Origin: Phoronis australis
Taxonomy: Eukaryota; Animalia; Phoronida
DNA length: 64,000 nucleotides
Assembly (NCBI GenBank): GCA_002633005.1
Contig: NMRA01000021.1
Location: 98,052 to 162,051 of the forward strand
Reading direction: 5' to 3'
The translations under genes were made by a program, and so were the position numbers. Shown piece after piece: positions 13,001 through 24,635 of this stretch. The notes below the pieces were generated by a model, which saw only the letters and a list, made by a program, of their open reading frames with translations, did no database searches and was not told the origin of the DNA. Numbering within the stretch: position 1 is the first letter of the stretch; each line of letters starts with the position of its first letter.

Positions 13001-14185
13001 CAGAAATTTATTTTAAAAACAATTCAGCAGCAATTCAGCTGTTGAGGCATACAGTGTTAGCATTGTACATTTACTGCTCACAGTGTCACTCTGAAAGATT
13101 CAAAATGCTTTTGAGATACTGAAATATGCCAGATTGACCTGCAAAAGTGTGATGTTTCGCTTTAACTGGTCTTGATGTTGAACCAGAAACATTTATGTAC
13201 TATAAGACATACCAATTTTTTACTTCCAATATCTCTGAGATTAATGGACCAAAAACCAAGCTAATTCCAGTTTATTTTTGTTAAAAATAAATATTAAATA
13301 TTGTCAAAATCTTGTTAGGTAATTTTAAAACAGTCAGTATACAGCTATAGTACCTGTCCTTTCAATCTACACTCTATGTGGCCTCTTTCAATAATAAAAT
13401 GCAGTCTTTTTTTCCGTTTTGAAATTAAGTAATGCTTTAAAGTTTCTGAATTTCTTCTCGATAGAAAAAAAGGTCTGTTGAGAGTGGTCTGTTGAGAGTG
13501 GTCTGTTGAGAGTGGTCTGTTGAGAGTGGTCTGTTGAGAGTGGTCTGTTGAGAGTGGTCTGTTTGCGGCTAAGTCATCACTGTGGCTGTTACATGTGTTG
13601 TTCAAATACAATAGTCACCGAAAAAATCCATTTTTGATCATTTGAATTGAAAATAAGAAACTGAAACACATCAGAAAAAGGAAGTTGACCTGATGTGCAC
13701 TATAAGGAGAATGTTTTCTTTATCAAAACACTGACAGTGTGTTAGATAGAAACATATATATCTTGATGAAAATTTGTCTATTTTTTCAAAATTATCAACA
13801 GGATATCGCTATATATAAAGGTTCAAGGTTCAGGTTTTTCAAAGTGCTTGAAGAGTAACTGCCATTTTTTGCTTATTATCTCATATCACGCGTAGTCTTT
13901 CTTCAACTTTCATATGGTGTTGCATCATCCAATGTTCTGTATTTTCCCAGAATGCTCGAGAGATTCCAGCAATTGTCCAACAGAATTACTTCGGCAATGT
14001 CTGCTGTATTTTTTCCCGATGTCCTTGAGGAATGGGTCGAGGTCAATGTACAGCCAAAGACGCGTAAACTGTCGGAGATACTCGCCAAAGGAGAACGGAT
14101 GATCTCAGTCGGTGCTGGAGTGAAGGGTACTGCGAGTAGCTGTAGTGGCGACGCTGGTGAGCAGATGGATGTGAATAATTTGTGA
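947..14185 (+). CDS. HEXD: Hexosaminidase D (GH20, HEXDC-type), multi-exon gene; 5' exon(s) not identified
   Basis: GT-AG exons splice in frame: 947-1001, 1414-1523, 2169-2335, 3680-3765, 4091-4277, 5267-5335, 5964-6159, 6621-6703, 8140-8221, 12019-12126 (duplicate 10513-10620), 12485-12574, 13951-14185. Diagnostic motifs [43 protein letters not shown] (catalytic DE), [34 protein letters not shown]. Confidence 0.93.
1414..1523 (+). CDS. HEXD: HEXD exon ([23 protein letters not shown]...AY)
   Basis: ttgcag acceptor, gtatgg donor, in frame with neighbours. Confidence 0.9.
1791..1893. repeat. 33-bp minisatellite, 3 copies (HEXD intron)
   Basis: taaggtYtgtcatYKacKgtWttaccccRaatR units at 1791, 1824, 1857. 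Confidence 0.85.
2169..2335 (+). CDS. HEXD: HEXD exon (QQDISDLLQ...[16 protein letters not shown]...LCPCHP)
   Basis: ttctag acceptor, gtaac donor; inside ORF 2158-2361. Confidence 0.92.
3680..3765 (+). CDS. HEXD: HEXD exon carrying catalytic HVGADE
   Basis: tttcag acceptor, gtaat donor; [28 protein letters not shown]. Confidence 0.9.
4091..4277 (+). CDS. HEXD: HEXD exon ([10 protein letters not shown]...MWDDMLR)
   Basis: Weak aag acceptor, gtgagt donor; inside ORF 4076-4285. Confidence 0.85.
4738..4815 (+). repeat. Dispersed repeat, inverted copy at 58864-58942
   Basis: caacgtgttgtttgtcgggtaaaatggcggctt...gtcaagaatgctgcgttctgattggtca matches the reverse complement of 58864-58942. Confidence 0.75.
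5267..5335 (+). CDS. HEXD: HEXD exon ([22 protein letters not shown])
   Basis: ttacag acceptor, gtgag donor, phases match. Confidence 0.85.
5964..6159 (+). CDS. HEXD: HEXD exon ([12 protein letters not shown]...ALTGWQR)
   Basis: ttcag acceptor, gtgtgc donor; inside ORF 5909-6187. Confidence 0.92.
6621..6703 (+). CDS. HEXD: HEXD exon ([18 protein letters not shown])
   Basis: ttttag acceptor, gtaag donor. Confidence 0.92.
8140..8221 (+). CDS. HEXD: HEXD exon ([17 protein letters not shown]...)
   Basis: ttatag acceptor, gtaagt donor, phases match both neighbours. Confidence 0.8.
10513..10620 (+). CDS. HEXD: HEXD exon (CQFPGSEVY), first copy in gap-flanking duplication
   Basis: Near-identical to 12019-12126 (one T/A codon difference); probably the alternate haplotype. 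Confidence 0.6.
12019..12126 (+). CDS. HEXD: HEXD exon ([21 protein letters not shown]...)
   Basis: tttcag acceptor, gtagg donor, CxFPGS motif. Confidence 0.85.
12485..12574 (+). CDS. HEXD: HEXD exon ([29 protein letters not shown])
   Basis: ttgcag acceptor, gtatgt donor; a copy truncated by the N gap sits at 10969-11007. Confidence 0.85.
13472..13563. repeat. Perfect 14-bp tandem repeat (ggtctgttgagagt) x6.6
   Basis: Directly visible in the last HEXD intron. Confidence 0.95.
13951..14185 (+). CDS. HEXD: HEXD terminal coding exon (…[17 protein letters not shown]…stop)
   Basis: tcccag acceptor, EEW motif typical of the HEXD C-terminus, TGA at 14183-14185. Confidence 0.85.
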
Positions 14186-14936
14186 ATTAATTGGAAATTT
14201 TGTTTTGTTTCATTTTGATTCAGTTTTGTTTCTGAGGGCTGCTTTTGCAGAAAAATGAGACCGTGTATGTCAACAAAGGTGATGTAGGATACTTCGTCTC
14301 TACCCTTCTTGTTTAGCACATTGGCGACCTCTATCAGTATGAGCAACAGGGACTTTGAGAATAAACTATTGAACCTTTTGTTCCCAACACTCGTGCTGGT
14401 GTCATGGTGTGTACACTTGCATTAGCGACAAGGTGATAAATAGTGCAGCAACATTGTGGTTCACACATTGTATGCTGTGAATATTCCTCCAACTGTTGTC
14501 TGTGTGAATTCTCTGCAGTCAGGGTTAGTTTTTTGTGTGTGTGATTGTGTGCGACTTCACTGCATGTATTATGTGGATAGCTGGAATTTCTTGTATCAGT
14601 CACGCTGCCGCAGGATTTTAGTTGAAGGACTCTTGATTCCTGGTTGTTCTGTGTTTTCTTCTCAATGAATCCATGGATTTAGCAAAACGAAAAAATTCTG
14701 AGAGATGTTTTATGTTTGTCATTATTATGACAATGTATCATTTTGGCAATGTCAGTGAAAGTACATGCACACTTGGCTAGACACATCTCCACTTGTCCAC
14801 CATAACTTCATTTGTCGTTCGTTGATGCGGAACTCTTGAGCCCTACAACTTGATTTTTATGACTGCTGGTGATTGAGGCCAAATGAAACCATGTCATTTG
14901 GCTAGCAATAAACTAACTGTATGGGATATTTTTTCC

Positions 14937-15275
14937 TTGTTAATTACAGGGTTGATCTGTTGATTGACTTTGTGGAGTTGTCACCTCAAACTTTGTGTTG
15001 CCTTCAATGACGTAAACGACATTTCAATTTTTTTGTTTTTTATGTGATTGTTAATTACAAGGTTGATCTGTTGATTGACTTTGTTCGGTTGTAATCTCGA
15101 ACTTTGTGTCACCTTCAATAACAATGGTCCGACATGCGCGGCCTCCGCACATCTGGTACAAGATGTATCAAACTGCCTGCAATTATTTTCTTTTTCAATA
15201 ACACGAATGACATTTCAATTTTTGTTTTTTGCGCGATTATTAATTACAGAGTTGATCTGTTGATTGGCTTTGTTT
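14937..15275. repeat. Degenerate direct repeats downstream of HEXD
   Basis: ttaattacaRRgttgatctgttgattgRctttgt at ~14940, ~15051 and ~15240. Confidence 0.7.
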
Positions 15276-15385
15276 AACTCTGCTCTCGAGTCCGCCGTAC
15301 AGTCTATACCATTACTACTTTTGTGAGAATTCTCTTTGGTTGTCACACTGCAGCACAAATTTGGTGCTGCATTGGTGGACAGCAT

Positions 15386-15622
15386 TTAAGCCTTTGTCGC
15401 AATCAATAGACAAGTATATGGGATGCTTATACATATCATGTTGTCCTGTGGAACTGCACAAAGTTGTGTACATTTCATGGACTTGTAGACTGGCCATAGT
15501 AGTGGAAGCAGCACGACTGTGTAGGTCTGGATGTACCCGTGGCAGCAAACGCAAGCATCAGTCGTTTCCAGTATTGTGCAATTAGCGCACTGACACCATG
15601 ACAAGTCATTTTTGGGTGGCAT
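15386..15622 (-). pseudogene. P2X7 C-terminal (ballast)-like Cys cluster remnant, probably a Kolobok accessory gene
   Basis: SWCQCANCTILETTDACVCCHG resembles the WCxCGNC...ECxCC zinc cluster. Confidence 0.45.
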
Positions 15623-15939
15623 TCTCCTTTAAAAGAGACCTGAACTACATGTTTCATTATTTTAGAATGAATTTCGAAAGTATCAAGGTTGATTTCTGAC
15701 ATTCATAATTATCTTCATTAATACTTTAATTACCTATTCAAATATTAAGCTAATACCAAAGCACACATACACACGCACTCTGAATTATTTTGATAATTTC
15801 TACTTATTGTTATGTAAGGATTACCTTTCTTAAAGTCAACCAAGCTCTTCTCAATTATGCCGCAAACTACCAGTTTTGTACTACGTTGACGAAAACATGT
15901 ACAATGAATGTTACCTCATATTGCTGTTCTTTCTTAAGT

Positions 15940-16935
15940 ATTAACGCACGACACGTGCCAACTCTTTCCTCTTACCAAACAAATCCGTCATCCTTTCACA
16001 GTACTGCAAAGGTAAGAATTTCATGGCTCAATCGATGACCAGAAGACTGGAGTTATCACGTAGCTAGCTTCAGCAACAACGTAATGTAGGACTTGCAGTC
16101 ACTCTACTGCATGAGTGTAATCATGTTGATGTGCATCTAAATCGTTTCAGTTTTCCTGGATATAGTTTTTATATCATGCAGTGTGTCTAGATGATCTTTG
16201 CAAAACATACACTCCATGTCATGCTCATGACTGCACGGAGAGTAGTGTTCAGCAGTCTTCGAGTCACTCAGTGCAAACTTTGTGCAGAGGTCTGCACACC
16301 GATTGTCCTAGGTTGTATGGAAACCATATTCACATTTCAGGTATTGTTTTGTATTTTTCAGTCTGGAGATGAGAATGTTCACATCTGTGCCATGTGCCTT
16401 CAGTAACACATTACTCAATAGCTTTATTAATAGTTAGCTGATTGAAGGCATCAGCACCCTCTTCAGCAACAACGCTTGCAGAGACTTCTGTTGAGATGCA
16501 CTACAGGTTTCAAGAATTTTTAAAATCATTCTCTTGCTCAGGTCGTTGAAGCCTTCCTCTGAGCAAAATTGTTGGTACTGCTTTATTATGCGAGCTGGGA
16601 TTACAGTTCGTATGACTCATTTTTCCCTATTGTTCATCTTAATGACTTAAGTGCCGTACGCCACGTCCTGTAAAAGCATAGGCTGGCTTTTAAGTTCATT
16701 AAAATGATCTGTTTTCTCCTGATGCAACCTTGCCTGAGTAATCTTCTTGACAGGCAACTCTTCTCTCATGACAACTCGGCTTGCATGAATCCAGGCTTGA
16801 TAAGTTTCATGAACTGTTAACCCTAGTATCACCTCCTGTAGCTGCTGCTTAGAGTAGTCATGGGCAAATAATGGTCAAAATCTGTACCCTTGCCCTTGAA
16901 GATCCATCAAGCTATGCCTGTATCCAGTTTTCATC
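15940..16935 (-). mobile_element. Sola3-like DDE transposase remnant
   Basis: Frameshifted motifs LLQDVAYGT, VIRTVIPARIIKQYQQFCSEEGF, CSASQQKSLQ, CADLCTKFALSD, ID*AMKFLPLQY...FGKR..SWHV. Confidence 0.7.
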
Positions 16936-17145
16936 ATGTGGTGAAATTGTTCTCAGTGAACAGAATGATACTGTATAACATCACATTACCTACTGCATCT
17001 TTAAATATCATGTGGTGAATGTGTTCTCAGTGAACAGAATGATACTGTATAACATCACATTACCTACTGCATCTTTACCTATCATGGGGTGAATGTGTTC
17101 TCAATGAACAGAATGATACTGCATAACATCACATTACCCTCTGCA
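16933..17145. repeat. 74-bp tandem repeat, 3 copies
   Basis: atcatgKggtgaa..tgttctcaRtgaacagaatgatactgYataacatcacattacc starts at 16933, 17007, 17081. Confidence 0.9.
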
Positions 17146-17389
17146 TCTTTGCCTGTCACGGGCTGACTCTTCCATGTGTGTGAAGCTACAGACAGGTGGC
17201 AGTTATATGATGTAGACTCATGATGTTTGTACTTTAATTCCACAACTGGTGCAACATGTAGGGGACGTGGCATACAATTCTTTCAGCGTATACCCAAGTA
17301 CCAAATATCGCGAGTCCATCATAGATTAAACCTTTGAACTAGTCAGTTGGGTCACTCTTGTCATCCTTGTTGGACTCCTTGTCCTCATG

Positions 17390-17920
17390 TGAGCAACCAC
17401 TGTCAAAGCTGCTGACGTCATAGTACTTTGAAGTAGACTTCTTGCTGTAATAGTGCATGGCCCAGTCTTGTGTAATTGAAATTTGAATTGATGTGGGACG
17501 GAGTGAAACCTCATCTTGTTTAAATGTGGCCTGAGCCTGTCAGCAACATTATACATTTGTGTTACATATTTCGTTTTGGGCTCAGGACTGAATGAGTTGT
17601 GAAAAGCATTCATCACCTCAGTTATCATTTGGGCAGAATGTAAATGTGAAGAAAACCTTGAGAACACCTGATATACATCTTCACGAGTGTGCCCAACCAT
17701 CAGAAATCCACTTTTTATCTTTTGGAAAATTCGTAATTGTGCACAATAGCTCTTGTCACATGAACCTTTAGTTTTCACATGCTGCTTAGAAATTTGCTGG
17801 TGCGCTTGAACCCTGGCAAGGAAGTTTTCTTTTGATCCATGCCATGCACATCTATTTTCGGTTGTTGCACCTGGCTTTTGTGAAGTGTTTGTAATGTTTT
17901 CTTCTCTCTGCTGTAAGAGA
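17390..17920 (-). pseudogene. DUF7869 / Sola1-like transposase core fragment, copy 1 (internally deleted)
   Basis: GFLMVGHTREDVYQVFSRFS, PHQFKF. Confidence 0.7.
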
Positions 17921-19009
17921 TACGATTTGTTATTAGTAAGTCAAGTGTCTTGCATAGTAGTGCAAATGAGATGTTTTCACAAACTCACTACTTCATGGTA
18001 TAACTGCATGGGTACTTTCTTGCTTTCGGCAAGTTTTTCTTTAAGCTCCATGGGTGTCATACAACCCTTCCTTTTACAATTAGAGATTAAGCTCTCTGAC
18101 GGAGCATTACAACTGCTGCTAATAGCCATAGAGAGGGACTTGCGCAGTGTGGCACTATACAGCATACACCTACAACATCTTTGACCTTGCCAGATGAGGA
18201 GTTCACAACCTGCATGTCTTAATTGTTGACTGACAGTTATACAATTCCCGATATGCCAGAACTGACTGTGCCTGACTACCCGATATGCCACACCCAACAG
18301 GGACTAAGCACTGTAAGTCCTCCCTATCAAAAGCACGACACACCTCAAACATAAATAAGCTATTCAGTAGCCTACTTACATCACTGACAGACTTATATAG
18401 TTTGGGTGAGCCAGTCCAAAAATCAATGGAAGCAGGCAACACTTTTGAGTGAACATTCACATGAGCAGAAAAATCTGAGACTTTCACAGAGGGGTTGTTA
18501 CTTTCATTTAGACTGACATATTGAATACAGTTATACTATGAGTAGTAAAAATATCCTTCTGTTGGCTCAACGTATTTCAGAGACTCTTTCAGTTTCTCAT
18601 ATGCAGTGTCTTTGTACAACACGTCAGTGTCTGTACCTGGACTAACGAGAACGGGGCCACTGTCCAAGATGACATAAAATTCTTCCGCATGATGACCGTC
18701 AAGGTCCATCTTTTCTCCATGAACAGAATGATACTGCATAACATCACATTACCCACTGCATCTTTGCCTGTCACGGACTGACTCTTCCATGTGTGTAAAG
18801 CTACAGACAGGTGGCGGTTATAAGATGTAGACTCATGATGTTTGTACTTTAATTCCACAACTGGTGCAACGTATTGGGGACGTGGCATACAATTCTTTCA
18901 GCGTATACCCAAGTAATAAATATTGTGAGTCCATCACAGATTAAACCTTTGAACTAGTCGGTTGGGTCACTCTTGTCATCCTTGTCGGACTTCTTATCCT
19001 CATGTGAGC

Positions 19010-19725
19010 AACCAATTGTCAAAGCTGCTGACGTTGTCATAGTACTTTGAAGTAGACTTCTTGCTGTAATAATGCATGGCCCAGTCTTGTGTAATTGAAT
19101 TTTGAATTGATGTGGGACGGAGTGAAACCTCATCTTGTTTAAATGTGGCCTGAGCCTGTCAGCAACATTATACATTTGTGTTACATATTTCGTTTTGGGC
19201 TCAGGACTGAATGAGTTGTGAAAAGCATTCATCAACTTAGTTATCATTTGGGCAGAATGTAAATGTGAAGAAAACCTTGAGAACACCTGATATACATCCT
19301 CATGAGTGTGCCCAACCATCAGAAATCCACTTTTTATCTTTTGGAAAATACGTAATTGTATGAGCATAGCACACTGTCCTAGAATATACACATTCTTATT
19401 TTCTCTGTAGCAGTTGTCCAGTTGTAGATAGAGCACTGGTCGCAAACTGTCACGAAGAGTGCACAATGTCGGCAAAAGTAAATTGGCTGACATTGGGACC
19501 CTGTCCCCACTGTCCCAAATCAAAAAATCCATACCCTATTGTTCTGTGCACAATAACTCTTGTCACATGAACCTTCAGTTTCCACATGCTGCTTAGAAAT
19601 TTGCTGGTGCGCTTGAACCTCGGCAAGTAAGTTTTCTTTTGATCCATGCCATGCACATCTATTTTCGGTTGTTGCACCTGGCTTTTGTGGAGTGTTTGTA
19701 ATGCTTTCTCCTCTCTGCTGTAAGA
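19010..19725 (-). pseudogene. DUF7869 / Sola1-like transposase core fragment, copy 2
   Basis: GMDQKKTYLP, LYLQLDNCYRENKN, FLMVGHTHEDVYQVFS motifs across frameshifts. Confidence 0.75.
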
Positions 19726-20814
19726 GATACGATTTATTATTAGTAAGTCAAGTGTCTTGCATAGTAGTGCAAATGAGATGTTTTTACAAACTCACTACTT
19801 CATGGTATAACTGCATGGGTACTTTCTTGCTTTCGGCAAGTTTTTCTTTAATCTCCATGGGTGTCATACAACTCTTCCTTTTACAATTAGAGATTAAGCT
19901 CTCTGACGGAGCATTACAACTGCTGCTAATAGCCATAGAGAGGGACTTGTGCAGTGTGGCACTATACAGCATACACCTACAACATCTTTGACCTTGCCAG
20001 ATGAGGAGTTCACAACCTGCATGTCTTAATTGTTGACTGACAGTTATACAATTCCTGATATGCCAGAATTGACTGTGCCTGACTACCCGATATGCCACAC
20101 CCAACAGGGACTAAGCACTGTAAGTCCTCCCTATCAAAAGCACGACACACCTCAAACATAGATAACCTATTAAGTAGCCTACTTACATCACTGACAGACT
20201 TAAATACTTTGGGTGAGCCAGTCCAAAAATCACTGGAAGAAGGCAACACTTTTGAGTGAACATTCACATGAGCAGAAAAATCTAACTGAGACTTTCACAG
20301 AGGGGTTGTTACTTTCATTTAGACTGACATATTGAATACAGTTACACTTTGAGTATTAAAAATATCCTTCTGTTGGCTCAACGTATTTCACAGACTCTTT
20401 CAGTTTCTCATATGCAGTGTCTTTGTACAACACGTCAGTGTCTGTACCTGGACTAACGAGAACGGGGCCACTGTCCAAGATGACATAAAATTCATCCGCA
20501 TGATGACCGTCAAGGTCCATCTTTTCTCCATGAACAGAATGATACTGCATAACATCACATTACCCACTGCATCTTTGCCTGTCACGGACTGACTCTTCCA
20601 TGTGTGTAAAGCTACAGACAGGTGGCAGTTATAAGATTTAGACTCATGATGTTTGTACTTTAATTCCACAACTGGTGCAACGTATAGGGGACGTGGCATA
20701 CAATTCTTTCAGCATATACCCAAGTACCAAATATCGAGAGTCTATCACAGATTAAACCTTTGAACTAGTCGGTTGGGTCACTCTTGTCATCCTTGTCGGA
20801 CTTCTTGTCCTCAT

Positions 20815-21535
20815 GTGAGCAACCAATTTTCAAAGCTGCTGACGTTGTCATAGTACTTTGAAGTAGACTTCTTGCTGTAATAATGCATGGCCCAGTCTTG
20901 TGTAATTGAAATTTGAATTGATGTGGGACGGAGTGAAACCTCATCTTGTTTAAATGTGGCCTGAGCCTGTCAGCAACATTATACATTTGTGTTACATATT
21001 TCGTTATGGGCTCAGGACTGAATGAGTTGTGAAAAGCATTCATCAACTTAGTTATCATTTGGGCAGAATGTAAATGTGAAGAAAACCTTGAGAACACCTG
21101 ATATACATCCTCATGAGTGTGCCCAACCATCAGAAATCCACTTTTTATCTTTTGGAAAATACGTAATTGTATGAGCATAGCACACTGTCCTAGAATATAC
21201 ACATTCTTATTTTCTCTGTAGCAGTTGTCCAGTTGTAGATAGAGCACTGGTCGCAAACTGTCACGAAGAGTGCACAATGTCGGCAAAAGTAAATTGGCTG
21301 ACATTGGGACCTTGTCCCCACTGTCCCAAATCAAAAAATCCATACCCTATTGTTCTGTGCACAATAACTCTTGTCACATGAACCTTCAGTTTCCACATGC
21401 TGCTTAGAAATTTGCTGGTGCGCTTGAACCTCGGCAAGTAAGTTTTCTTTTGATCCATGCCATGCACATCTATTTTCGGTTGTTGCACCTGGCTTTTGTG
21501 GAGTGTTTGTAATGCTTTCTCCTCTCTGCTGTAAG
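20815..21535 (-). pseudogene. DUF7869 / Sola1-like transposase core fragment, copy 3
   Basis: Same motifs as copy 2; ORFs 20765-21343 and 21261-21488. Confidence 0.75.
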
Positions 21536-21589
21536 AGATACAATTTATTAGTAGTAAGTCAAGTGTCTTGCATAGTTTGCAAATGAGAT

Positions 21590-22519
21590 GTTTTCACAAA
21601 CTCCACTTCGTGGTATAACTGTGTGCGTACTTTCTTGCTTTCCGCAAGTTTTTCTTTAAGCTCCATGGGTGTCATACAACCCTTCCTTTTACGACTAGAG
21701 ATTAAGCTCTCTGACGGAGCATTACAACTGCTGCTAATAGCCATAGAGAGGGACTTGCGCAGTGTGGCACTATACAGCATACACCTACAACATCTTTGAC
21801 CTTGCCAGACGAGGAGTTCACAACCTACATGTCTTAATTGTTGACTGACAGTTATACAATTCCCGATATGCCAGAATTGACTGTGCCTGACTACCCGATA
21901 TGCCACACCCAACAGGGACTAAGCACTGTAAGTCCTCCCTATCAAAAGCACAACACACCTCAAACATAGATAACCTATTAAGTAGCCTACTTACATCACT
22001 GACAGACTTAAATACTTTGGGTGAGCCAGTCCAAAAATCACTGGAAGAAGGCAACACTTTTGAGTGAACATTCACATGAGCAGAAAAACCTGAGACTTTC
22101 ACAGAGGGGTTGTTACTTTCATTTAGACTGATATATTGAATACAGTTATACTTTGAGTAGTAAAAATATCCTTCTGTTGGCTCAACGTATTTCACAGACT
22201 CTTTCAGTTTCTCATATGCAGTGTCTTTGTACAACACGTCAGTGTCTGTATCTGGACTGTCAAGAACGGGGCCACTGTCCAAGATGACATAAAACTTATC
22301 CGCATGATGACCGTCAAGGTCCATCTTTTCTCCATGGTGACTGCCAACATTGAAATAGGGAATTTCCCAAAATGATGAACGGACTGAATGATCTAATAAT
22401 GACTGTTCCTGTTGCTGACTCACACCTGAATATGGATGTTCAATGTGTCATGTTACAACTCTTCCTCTTTTCCTCCTTGCTGCGATACCAAACTTTTTGT
22501 GTTTTGGTGGTTTTGGCAT
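21590..22519 (-). pseudogene. N-terminal half of a P-element-like transposase (paralogue of 25640-28752); partial copies at ~17975-18718 and ~19785-20529
   Basis: MPKPPKHKKFGIAARRKRGR..SSFWEIPYF..DTDTDVLY..KVS..VNVHSKVLP..DFWTG aligns by eye with the N-terminus at 28752-27800. Confidence 0.75.
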
Positions 22520-22900
22520 CTTCTGAAACACAGAAAGTTACATTATGTGAAGTCTATTCAAAATATAGATCTTTATGTCTTACAGTCGCTACTTGAAGAT
22601 TTAATTTTTTACACAACTTTTCAACAGTTAAAAGTAGACCCATAAAACTAAATATTTTGAAATCTAGATGGTCTCAAGTTCTATATTATGAATTTTGCAC
22701 ATCAATCATTCAACCAGAGCTACAGAAAATGTTTTACCTTCTTTTAGTGTTATATCTCAAGGAAAGTATTTAATAGATTATTCATTGAATTACACCAGAG
22801 ACTTCCAAGACCAATCGGGAACAAATATGGCGATAGCAAACAAGGCAAAACAACGCTATCGCGAAGTCTCGCGCGGCGATCATTATATAGCGAGACTGTG

Positions 22901-23570
22901 GTTATCTTTGTTGTTTGAAGCCATTGCCTGTCCTTTTGATATTGGTCCAAGGGGACATTACTGTTAACATGAACAAAAAATCAGTAGTTCACTTAAGGGT
23001 TTTTACTTTGCATTTAAAATGCACAATGTTATTCAATTGATAAAATCAAACTGAATCTCTCAACATGATCATAGTTGTGATAAGAGCATACTTACCTTGA
23101 AAGCTTGGAAGTACTGGCAGTCGCAGTCCTCCAAGAGCTCTAGCATCGCTTTGTAGTTAGTATGATGTGCAATTACCTGCTTCATGAGAGTATACACAAT
23201 GCGAGAACACCCTTCCAGGGCAAAGTGCTCAGTATTTCCAATTGAAGTCAATGCACGTGGCAGTGTATTACCTGAATTTAATATATGATAAATTATTACA
23301 CAGATTCTGAAGTGTATTGTTAAAATAAATAATCATTCTTTGCATTACATTGTTAGACAATTTGGCAAACACTTAGGAGGTAAAACTGTACATTAATATT
23401 ACAAGTAAGTTGAAAGTGGGGGTAACTTCAGTATTGGGCCTGCATCAACTGAAATATGATCATTCAAGTCTACCGAAAGTCCCATTACCTGTAGCGCTTT
23501 GTGCTGACTTTTACCTGAAGGTAATGTTGCATCTTCATTGACTTCGACTAAGCTAAAATTACTGGCAGAC
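22901..23570 (-). other. Unidentified spliced gene fragment
   Basis: Two exons with canonical sites (~23515-23572 and ~23096-23271) join in frame: SASNFSLVEVNEDATLPSG|NTLPRALTSIGNTEHFALEGCSRIVY; no family recognised. Confidence 0.3.
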
Positions 23571-23939
23571 TGACAGAACATTAACTTCAAGTTATAAATT
23601 CAAGAATTTGGTTTTCATGTTTCGACTGCAATAAGGAAGATTAATGAAATGGAATAGCAACGCCACTTGATGAGATAAAATGAAGAAGGGCAATTTTTAG
23701 CGAATAGATGTGTGGACACCGTTGTTATAAGAGCACCAAGGTGACATGCATTAGTGCTGCAGACGCTTGGTTTTTATCATTAAAAGCAAAAGCAGGATCT
23801 ACCTATAGTGTACACAACACACTTTACTCACCAGGCTCTTACTCCACCTGCTTAAAACGAAAAAAATAGCAATTTGGAAAATCAGTTTTTTGGTTTTCTC
23901 TGTATTTTTGTTGCATTATGTGCAGATGTCACACTCCGG

Positions 23940-24635
23940 CTTCATGCATTTAACTCTTCTGTTTGCATTCTTGGCATAGAATGTGTTATAAATTTTTTTT
24001 CAAAGCCACCTTCCAGAAGACAATGACTTTATATGTCAATTTGTTCAGGTATTTCTTCTTCAGTTTTTTGAAGATGTCGTAGTAGCAATCAAAGACAGAA
24101 TGCGCAAACAGAGTGAAGAAATGGTGAAGGAGTTTACAGATGATGACAACTACACTCTGGCCTACATTGCTGGGTACTTGTTGAGAGTTGCTCCCAATAA
24201 GTCGCCAAAACACTGAGCTAGTGAAATGAAAATCCTCTGTTAATCGTGGGAATGTCACCGTGACAATGTGGATAAAATTTGCTTGTGGATATCCAAAGTG
24301 TCTCGTGGAAATCTGAAGGTTCCGTCACCAGACTTTTTGTCGCTCATTCAACATTATGAATCTGTTGTGAGGAAAACTGTTGACATTTGCCAACTGAGCA
24401 GGACGTCAATGGACAAGCATAGACTGACTGAAAACATTTTGTGCGACCATGCCGTAAAAAGTATATGGGAGAATACTGGCTAGCCAGTTGTTTTGAATGA
24501 AATACTGGTCAAGATATTTTTGACAGTTAGAGGATTTGCCGTTACAAAACTTTTAAAGAAAGGGACAAAACGTCTGTCAGAGTCGGAAGGTGGACAGTCA
24601 TTTAGAAAATCACTGAAGCAACTGTGTAACAACTA
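23940..24635 (+). pseudogene. P-element accessory ORF (convergent with the transposase), with in-frame stops
   Basis: TLAYIAGYLLR...WISKVSRGNLKVPS...IFLTVRGFAVTK...SFRKSLK; YIAGY/RGxLxxP motifs are typical of P/THAP9-associated C-terminal domains. Confidence 0.65.

Larger units (their letters stand above)
17104..22333. repeat. Three-copy ~1.8 kb tandem array of fused transposase fragments
   Basis: Units 17104-18718 (1615 bp, ~190 bp internal deletion), 18719-20529 (1811 bp) and 20530-22333 (1804 bp); the same ORFs recur three times. Confidence 0.92.

Noticed and set aside
1022-13611. Short intronic and antisense ORFs in the six-frame track (e.g. 1676-2011, 3278-3592, 7311-7652, 9873-10205, 13345-13611)
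   Set aside because: They lie in HEXD introns or derive from tandem repeats and show no recognisable domains.
16933-17145. CRISPR-like or functional RNA array (74-bp repeats; also 1791-1893 and 13472-13563)
   Set aside because: Head-to-tail repeats with no unique spacers, in spliced animal DNA with no cas genes; ordinary minisatellites.
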